A DNA stretch of 64,000 bases from Gammaproteobacteria bacterium (GTDB lineage Bacteria > Pseudomonadota > Gammaproteobacteria > CBDBNL01 > JAAOII01), in contig OZ242372.1 of NCBI GenBank assembly GCA_965209035.1, positions 224,001 to 288,000 of the forward strand, in the 5' to 3' direction. The notes beneath the pieces were generated by a model. The model did no database searches, had not been told where the DNA came from, and saw nothing but the letters and a program-made list of their open reading frames with translations. Shown here one piece after another: positions 57,822 through 64,000 of the stretch. Every line of letters begins with the position of its first letter. Position 1 is the first letter of the stretch. The position numbers and the translations under genes were made by a program.

Positions 57822-58751
57822 TTAACGATAGCCTTTCTTGGCTGCCGCAATCACTTGCTTGGCGTTGTCCTTGGTAACAAACCCCGGACCCGTCAAAATA
57901 AGACCCGAAGGCAACACACCCCACTTGACATATTGCGCTATGATGGCAACAGGCAAGTAGCCCTGCAGATAGGGTTGCTGGTCTATCAGGAAAGTCATTT
58001 CTCCCTTTGAGGTCGCTTGCAATGTGGAATCCGCCAGGTCAAACGAGCCAAATTGGATCTTGCCAACCAGCCCGAGTTCCTTCAAAGCCGCCAAACTCGG
58101 TTCGGCGGAAAGAGGACCCAAGGTCAAAATACCGTCAATTGTCTTGTCGCGTCTCAGTGCGGCTGTTACCGCAGTCCGAACGGCAGTCGGATCATTGCTT
58201 ACCGCAACGACTCGCAGTTTTCCGCCCAGACCCTTCTTGAAACCTTCGCAGCGCAAGTCCAACGCAACATTACCCACCTCGTGGTTAATGCAAAGCGCGT
58301 TCTTGACACCGGATGCCTTCATTCTTTCGCCGCCGCCCAAACCGGCTTCATATTCGGTTTGGCCCACATGCGCTTGAAGTCCCAGTTTCTTGTAAACATC
58401 GCTGCCGGAATTAATTGAGATAACCGGAATACCGGCCGCAACGGCACGACGAATGGAATCACCGAGAGCGTCCGCATCCGGAATGCTCACAATAATACCG
58501 TCCGGTTTTTGCGCAACCGCAGTGTCAATCAATTTGGACATTTCGGACATATCAAAAGTTGCCGGTGCCCTGTATTGTGCCCGAATATCCGCGTCTTTGG
58601 CGGCGCTGTCAACGCCGTTTTTAACGATGTTCCAAAACGGATCATTTGCTTGGCCGTGTGTAACAACGATGACTCTTCCGGCGGCAAATGCACTGCCACC
58701 AAAAATTGCCATGGATGCCACCAGGACCAAAAGTATGTTTTTTATTTTCAT
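57822..58751 (-). CDS. Sugar (inositol) ABC transporter periplasmic binding protein
   Basis: Signal peptide AFA; HGQANDPFW, GQTEY, DQQPYLQGY. Confidence 0.93.
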   Translation of the reverse strand: MKIKNILLVLVASMAIFGGSAFAAGRVIVVTHGQANDPFWNIVKNGVDSAAKDADIRAQYRAPATFDMSEMSKLIDTAVAQKPDGIIVSIPDADALGDSIRRAVAAGIPVISINSGSDVYKKLGLQAHVGQTEYEAGLGGGERMKASGVKNALCINHEVGNVALDLRCEGFKKGLGGKLRVVAVSNDPTAVRTAVTAALRRDKTIDGILTLGPLSAEPSLAALKELGLVGKIQFGSFDLADSTLQATSKGEMTFLIDQQPYLQGYLPVAIIAQYVKWGVLPSGLILTGPGFVTKDNAKQVIAAAKKGYR

Positions 58752-59088
58752 AATGTTTTACTCCTTATAAAGGTAAATATAAATAATAATATAGTAATTT
58801 CTTATTGTATGGGAAGCGGATCTTTCCCGCAGTCCTTGTTTTTTACGGTTTTTTTACGGAATTTCTATTTTTTACAAACTTCCGGGAATTTTTACAAATT
58901 GAAGCGTTTTGTTTTGAAGCGTCTTAATTCTTTTGACGCGCATTAAAAAAACTTAAAACGGCACTGCCGCGCTTCCGCGCTGCCTCATTTTCGCCCAATA
59001 ACCCGGAGGGACCCGGCGACCAAGCCGATATCCCGGTTTGCGGGTTAGCGGATTAACCGGATTAGCGGGTTATGTTATGAGCGATTAG

Positions 59089-59376
59089 TTAAAATGACAT
59101 CTCGTGCCGCCCGCCGGACAAGGCGGGGCAAGGCGGGACAAGGCGCAGCAACGGTAAGGTATTGCTGTTGCCGAAATCCCATATGCCGAGGCTCCAACCG
59201 GCATAGGCGGTTCCGGATGTCGGGGTTGCACTTTGCAAGATATCGATAGCACGGGCTTGTGTTTCTTGAGAAGAGTTCGAAAAACCCGCATTTGGATCGC
59301 CCGGGGCGCGACTGGCGTTGTAATAAGAAGCAGTTAAAGATGCGGAGCCTCCTTGCAGACCCACCTGTGAATTCAA
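59089..59376 (-). pseudogene. C-terminal fragment of a GLUG-type surface protein
   Basis: ASYYNA...LQSATPTSGTAYAGWS.GIWDFGNSNTLPLL resembles the C-terminus of 30917..33070 (ASYWN...LRTP...IYEVW...WNLGT..YPAL). Confidence 0.6.
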
Positions 59377-59433
59377 CCTTCCGGTGCAACACCGGTTGCT
59401 AAATTATAATCCACTCCGGTCGCTTCTGAGAAG

Positions 59434-59502
59434 ACCTCGGCTGCTTGATCTGAGGACGCACAATGCCAAACTCAGAGTCCGGAGCCTTTATGAGATCATG
59501 CA
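59434..59502 (-). repeat. 'DSEFG' element, copy 3 (truncated)
   Basis: About 65/70 nt identical to 34589-34658 by manual alignment. Confidence 0.85.
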
Positions 59503-59724
59503 CTGAGGATGCATCACACTCCGATTTCAAAACCTTTCCCGGATCATGCAAGCAACCGCCTATTGGCGATATTCACCACAAGCACTTTTGGTGTCATCTT
59601 ATAAGGTTCTGCCGCTTTTTTTATGGCTGCATTTTGGGCTTAAGCAAGTGCAAATTAAATTTTTGGTATTATAATATTAGTATGTTTGTAATAAATATAA
59701 ATCAAACAAAAAAGGAAAAAGGCT

Positions 59725-60279
59725 ATGAAAAATCTAAATGTAACCACGCAAGATATGGAGTCAGACACGGGTAACCAAATGTTCCATGCTTTACGGGATG
59801 CCGGTATTGCGGACAAGCACGCCAAGCGTGTTGCCTCTGAGGCGGAAAAAACTAATACTTATCTCAAATCATTGGGCAAATCTGTGGAGTCTCTGCAAGG
59901 CGATGTCTCTACTCTTAAAGGTGATGTCATTACTCTTAAAGGTGATGTCACTACTCTTAAAAATGATGTCATTACTCTTAAAGGTGATGTCTCTACTCTT
60001 AAAAGTGATGTCGTTATCATTAAAAAAGATATTGACATACTCAAAGAAGATAGCATTGCTATTAAAGGTGATGTCGCTGTCTTAAAAAATGATGGCACTG
60101 CTTTTAAAAATGATATGATCACGATTAAAAGTGATATCGCCACTATAAAAGAGGCTATCATTTCTTTACAAGCAAGCAACCGTCTAATGGCGATATTCAC
60201 CACAGGCACTTTTGGTATTATCGCAACAGCGGCACTGACCGGCATGTTCGGTTTTTTGTTCTATCTGCTCGGCATTTAA
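59725..60279 (+). CDS. DUF1640/CCDC90-like membrane-anchored coiled-coil protein with heptad KGDVxTL repeats
   Basis: Head-like ALRDAGIADKHA segment, 21-bp tandem repeats, C-terminal TM helix. Confidence 0.75.
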   Translation: MKNLNVTTQDMESDTGNQMFHALRDAGIADKHAKRVASEAEKTNTYLKSLGKSVESLQGDVSTLKGDVITLKGDVTTLKNDVITLKGDVSTLKSDVVIIKKDIDILKEDSIAIKGDVAVLKNDGTAFKNDMITIKSDIATIKEAIISLQASNRLMAIFTTGTFGIIATAALTGMFGFLFYLLGI

Positions 60280-60390
60280 TAAATAACAAAACCTCCCGGG
60301 GGACAACTCTCCTTAGGTTGTTGAAACAACAAACACACTTGGAACGCATTTAGCCCTATTTGGATTATGCCTGTTCCTATAATGAGATTT

Positions 60391-61479
60391 ATGTCCGGCA
60401 CAACGCACAACAAGGAACGAATATATAACATTAATGTTCTTTCGGAAGAGGTTTTAATCAGTCCGCAGGAATTGCAACGGGAAATCCCGACAGATGCGAC
60501 CATTGAAAACAATGTGCACAAGGCGCGCACCACCGTGGAAAATATTCTTAAACGCAAGGATCACAGACTTCTGACGGTAGTCGGCCCCTGCTCGGTGCAT
60601 GATGTCAAAGCGGCGCGCGAATACGCGACCAAACTGAAAGAACTTTCCCGGGAACTGGAAGACAGTCTGTTCATTCTGATGCGCGTTTACTTTGAAAAAC
60701 CGCGCACGACTGTCGGCTGGAAAGGATTGATCAACGACCCGGATCTGGACGACAGCTTTGACATTGCCAAAGGGTTACTCATTGGCAGAAAATTTCTGAC
60801 AGAACTTGCCCGTATGGATCTGCCGGTTGCCACAGAATCTCTAAACGCCATAGTCCCCCAGTATATTCAGGATCTGGTTACCTGGTCGGCTATCGGTGCC
60901 AGAACAGCGGAATCGCAGACACATCGCGAGATGTCCAGCGGGCTGTCGACTCCGGTTGGCTTCAAGAATGGCACGGATGGCGGCCTGGCAGTTGCCATCA
61001 ACGCCCTGAAATCGGTGAATGCTCCGCACAGTTTTCTTGGGATTAACCGGGCCGGCCAGGTCTCTATTTTGAAGACCAAAGGCAATCCTTACGCGCATGT
61101 GGTGCTGCGCGGCGGCGGCGGCAAAACCAATTTTGATTCGGTGAGTATTGCCGACTGCGAGGCGGTTCTGAAAAAAAGTAAGTTGCCGCCGAATATTATG
61201 GTGGACACCAGCCACGCCAACTCGGGGAAAAATCCCGAACACCAGCCTTTGGTGTTTGCGGATCTGGTGAATCAAATTGTCAAAGGGAACAGATCTATTA
61301 TCGGGGTGATGATTGAAAGCAATTTGAAAAGCGGCAATCAGCCAATCGGTAAGGACCCCAAAAAATTGAAATACGGCGTATCTGTTACGGACGGCTGCAT
61401 AGACTGGAAAACAACGGAAAAGATGCTGAGAGAAGCGGCGGCCACGCTCAAACCGGTTTTAAAAAAACGCATTCCATAA
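60391..61479 (+). CDS. Class I DAHP synthase (AroF/G/H family)
   Basis: VVGPCSVHD, MRVYFEKPRTTVGWKG, IGARTAESQTHRE, VDTSHANS, SVTDGC. Confidence 0.96.
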   Translation: MSGTTHNKERIYNINVLSEEVLISPQELQREIPTDATIENNVHKARTTVENILKRKDHRLLTVVGPCSVHDVKAAREYATKLKELSRELEDSLFILMRVYFEKPRTTVGWKGLINDPDLDDSFDIAKGLLIGRKFLTELARMDLPVATESLNAIVPQYIQDLVTWSAIGARTAESQTHREMSSGLSTPVGFKNGTDGGLAVAINALKSVNAPHSFLGINRAGQVSILKTKGNPYAHVVLRGGGGKTNFDSVSIADCEAVLKKSKLPPNIMVDTSHANSGKNPEHQPLVFADLVNQIVKGNRSIIGVMIESNLKSGNQPIGKDPKKLKYGVSVTDGCIDWKTTEKMLREAAATLKPVLKKRIP

Positions 61480-61490
61480 TTCCATAATAG

Positions 61491-61533
61491 CCGCACATTC
61501 ATTATTCCCGGATCCCCCGGAATGAATGTGCGG
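61491..61533. terminator. Strong hairpin between convergent aro and coaX genes
   Basis: ccgcacattcatt ... aatgaatgtgcgg, 13-bp perfect arms. Confidence 0.7.
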
Positions 61534-61718
61534 GGCGAAAACAGAGTCTGCGGGCAATCCGGCTCGGCAAGTAAGACACACAGGCGGCAAGCACTGTTCT
61601 TACTTACTTTCTTATCTTACTTAAATGCCCCTCAAATATCGGATTTGATGTTCTGACCAGATGTTCTCGTTTTGCTTGTTATTCGGTTGCCTTATGCCGT
61701 GTGGCATGCTATGACGCA

Positions 61719-62603
61719 CTAATCAAACGCATAGCGCAGACCCCGACACACCAAATGGCTGTCATAAGAGCAATCGGCCGCCTCTGCCGATGAAAGAAGC
61801 GAGATGGCTCGATGCAACAGTTCCTCGCCGTCACCGCCCGTGAACATCATTCTGCCATCCGGGAACTGACCGCGAAATACCCGAATTCGCCCAAGAACAA
61901 AATCCAGCAGCATAAAATCCGTTCCCAGCTCCAAGCAAGAAACCGTCTCCCGCCCCCAAAAAAGAGCATCGGATTTTTCGTCGGCATGCCGGCTCTTTTT
62001 TAATGCTCCCGTATTCCCTGTTTTAGAAAATGTTTTAGAAAGTGTTTTAGAAAGCTCCCGCTCGCCCGCTTTCAATCTATCGTCCAAGACAACCCCGGTC
62101 CTGTTCAAAAAAGCCGAACGGATGCCAGTCTTGCCGGGAGCAAGGAGGCCGCCCGGATGCATTCCACCGCTTAAAACATCCATACTAAGTGCCGTACCGG
62201 CATCTATCAGCAACCAATTACCGGGAGGGGACATAACATGCAATGCCAATAACCCCAGCCATCTGTCCGTTCCCAAATGCGACAAGTTTGCATAGGCGGG
62301 CTTCAATCCATGACACCCCGCTTTGGGTCTTGCCAATCGGACCGTTTTGCACCGGGTATTAAAGACATCACGAATCCTTTTGCTCCAATAGTCCTCGCCA
62401 TAAGGTGCCGGACGCACACACGACAGGCACACACAACTTGGCGGGGCGGACAAGGATACGCCCAGACCCTCAAAATCCGCGGCCCTGCCCTTGGCAATCT
62501 CCCCGCCGGAATCTGACAATACTTCCATCCAGGTGAAGGAAGTATTTCCTATATCCAATAAAAGAGTGGTCTCTTTGTTTGTTTTTGGCATAGATTTCTG
62601 CAT
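61719..62603 (-). CDS. coaX: Type III pantothenate kinase
   Basis: LLDIGNT, LGTDRW, IDAGTA, GGLLAPG, FTGGDG; follows birA. Confidence 0.9.
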   Translation of the reverse strand: MQKSMPKTNKETTLLLDIGNTSFTWMEVLSDSGGEIAKGRAADFEGLGVSLSAPPSCVCLSCVRPAPYGEDYWSKRIRDVFNTRCKTVRLARPKAGCHGLKPAYANLSHLGTDRWLGLLALHVMSPPGNWLLIDAGTALSMDVLSGGMHPGGLLAPGKTGIRSAFLNRTGVVLDDRLKAGERELSKTLSKTFSKTGNTGALKKSRHADEKSDALFWGRETVSCLELGTDFMLLDFVLGRIRVFRGQFPDGRMMFTGGDGEELLHRAISLLSSAEAADCSYDSHLVCRGLRYAFD

Positions 62604-62665
62604 TGATTTTTGATGATCCGTTTGTGTTCGTCTCTGTTGCAATATCATTAAGTGAAAACCGCAAA

Positions 62666-63790
62666 CTACTCGGATACAGCCGCCGGATCATCCGCGGCCG
62701 GCTCTTGCAAAGTGCCGGCAAGGATTCTATGTTCTTTCCCTGCGGCATCGGTCAGCAGTAGTTCACCGCGCCGATTGATGCCTTTACAAATACCGGCAAG
62801 TTCCTTGCCGTTGCGGACAACAATTGTTTTGCCCCGGAGATGATCCGCGGCACGCCACTCATCCGCGAAAACGACAAAGCCGTTATTGGCAAACTGCCCA
62901 ATACCGGTAAACTGTCGAATACCTGTAAACAGCGCATCCAGCATCAAAGCCGCCGCCCTGTTTCGGCGCGGTGGCTCCGTTCCGGCGATTTTCGCCATTC
63001 GGCACAAAGAACTTCCAAACGCAGTTTGTGAATGATGATTAATGCCAATCCCTATGACGATGTCCTTTTCAAACACCTCCAACAAAATGCCGCCAAGCTT
63101 GTTTCCCGAAGGATCCATCAAGTCATTCGGCCATTTTAATCGGGCACTCAGTCCGAGTTTGCCGACAAATCGCATCATCATCACGCCCACCGCCAGACTC
63201 AACCCGTTCGTTCCCGATTGACGAAAGTCCTCCAAATCAAAAACCGCCGAAAGGGACAAACCCGCCCCAAAAGGACTGTGCCATACGCGCCCATAGCGTC
63301 CCCGTCCTTTGGTCTGCTGTTCACAAAAGAGTGCCGCCGGGCGCTGTGGCAGCCGACGGACACACTCATTGCCGGAATCGGCACTTGCTAAAACTCTTAA
63401 ACTGTTCCTTAAACTGTTCCTTAAACTGTTCCTTAAACTATTCGAGGACAGTCTTTGTCGTGCCGGATTAACTGCACCGGCTTCATCACACAACAAATGT
63501 AAGGAGGATAAGGAGGGTAAGGAGGACAAGAAGGATAAAATTTTGTCCGCCCGCAAGAATTCCGCATCCCGGGCAAAGGAAACTTCTTTGCCTTTTGTTA
63601 TGAGAGGCCCCATAGCGGTGGCGTTAATGACAGCCAGATCCTCTTTTAATGCCGAGGGTGTCATTTGCAGTTTTGCCGACAAGCTCGTGAATTCTGTCGG
63701 CCCCGCCGCCAGTTCCTTGCAAATTTTTAACTGCGTCTCATTTAGAATACCGAGATCCTTGTTGTTTTCGTTTGAGGGAATTAAAGGCAC
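62666..63790 (-). CDS. birA: Biotin-[acetyl-CoA carboxylase] ligase with N-terminal HTH-like region
   Basis: QTKGRGRYGRVWHSP, LKWPND, KLGGIL, IGIGIN. Confidence 0.92.
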   Translation of the reverse strand: MPLIPSNENNKDLGILNETQLKICKELAAGPTEFTSLSAKLQMTPSALKEDLAVINATAMGPLITKGKEVSFARDAEFLRADKILSFLSSLPSLSSLHLLCDEAGAVNPARQRLSSNSLRNSLRNSLRNSLRVLASADSGNECVRRLPQRPAALFCEQQTKGRGRYGRVWHSPFGAGLSLSAVFDLEDFRQSGTNGLSLAVGVMMMRFVGKLGLSARLKWPNDLMDPSGNKLGGILLEVFEKDIVIGIGINHHSQTAFGSSLCRMAKIAGTEPPRRNRAAALMLDALFTGIRQFTGIGQFANNGFVVFADEWRAADHLRGKTIVVRNGKELAGICKGINRRGELLLTDAAGKEHRILAGTLQEPAADDPAAVSE

Positions 63791-64000
63791 AATTAAAGGG
63801 GCGATAAATAAAGGAAAGGCACGGATAAAGGCACGAATAAAGGCACAGTAGCAAATAGCGTTCTAATATGCAAAAAATATCTTTAAAAAATACCAAACAA
63901 ACCGCATAATCTTCCTTCTTGCTCGCATATCTTCAAACCTTCCCTATAATAAGATTTATTATGATTATTAATGTAAACACATGCCTTCCGTTGAAATAAA

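Overview
Gene-dense window from a Gram-negative proteobacterium, most likely a gammaproteobacterium (Na+-NQR, skp-fabZ-lpxA-lpxB, pyrB-pyrC', birA-coaX). A marine host-associated lifestyle is my inference from the Fn3/GLUG-type surface lipoprotein, inositol catabolism and rearranged operons. Most of the window is housekeeping: hemW, erpA, metK, fba, pyr, a split nqr operon, lipid A genes, trxB, prlC, zapE, aro, coaX, birA, tRNA-Val and tRNA-Asp, plus a large myo-inositol uptake and catabolism cluster (42.5-58.8 kb). Accessory elements: (i) a 30.4-37.6 kb block with a surface lipoprotein, an IS481-type transposase, an 18x15-bp VNTR, two near-identical membrane coiled-coil paralogs and a candidate ~250-nt structured RNA; (ii) a ~130-bp coding-like dispersed repeat in three copies, each next to a KGD-repeat coiled-coil membrane gene, with the same three-part layout recurring at 59-60.3 kb; (iii) a non-autonomous IS1595-family (ISNwi1-like) element with perfect terminal inverted repeats carrying a Panacea/SocA antitoxin, inserted between iolC and iolD. 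Short tandem duplications, mostly 12 and 9 bp, occur throughout, including inside core genes. One 34-bp duplication frameshifts pyrC', and a 30-bp one triplicates the NqrC flavinylation motif. No CRISPR array, rRNA or prophage was seen. All calls come from motif recognition by eye; no searches were run.
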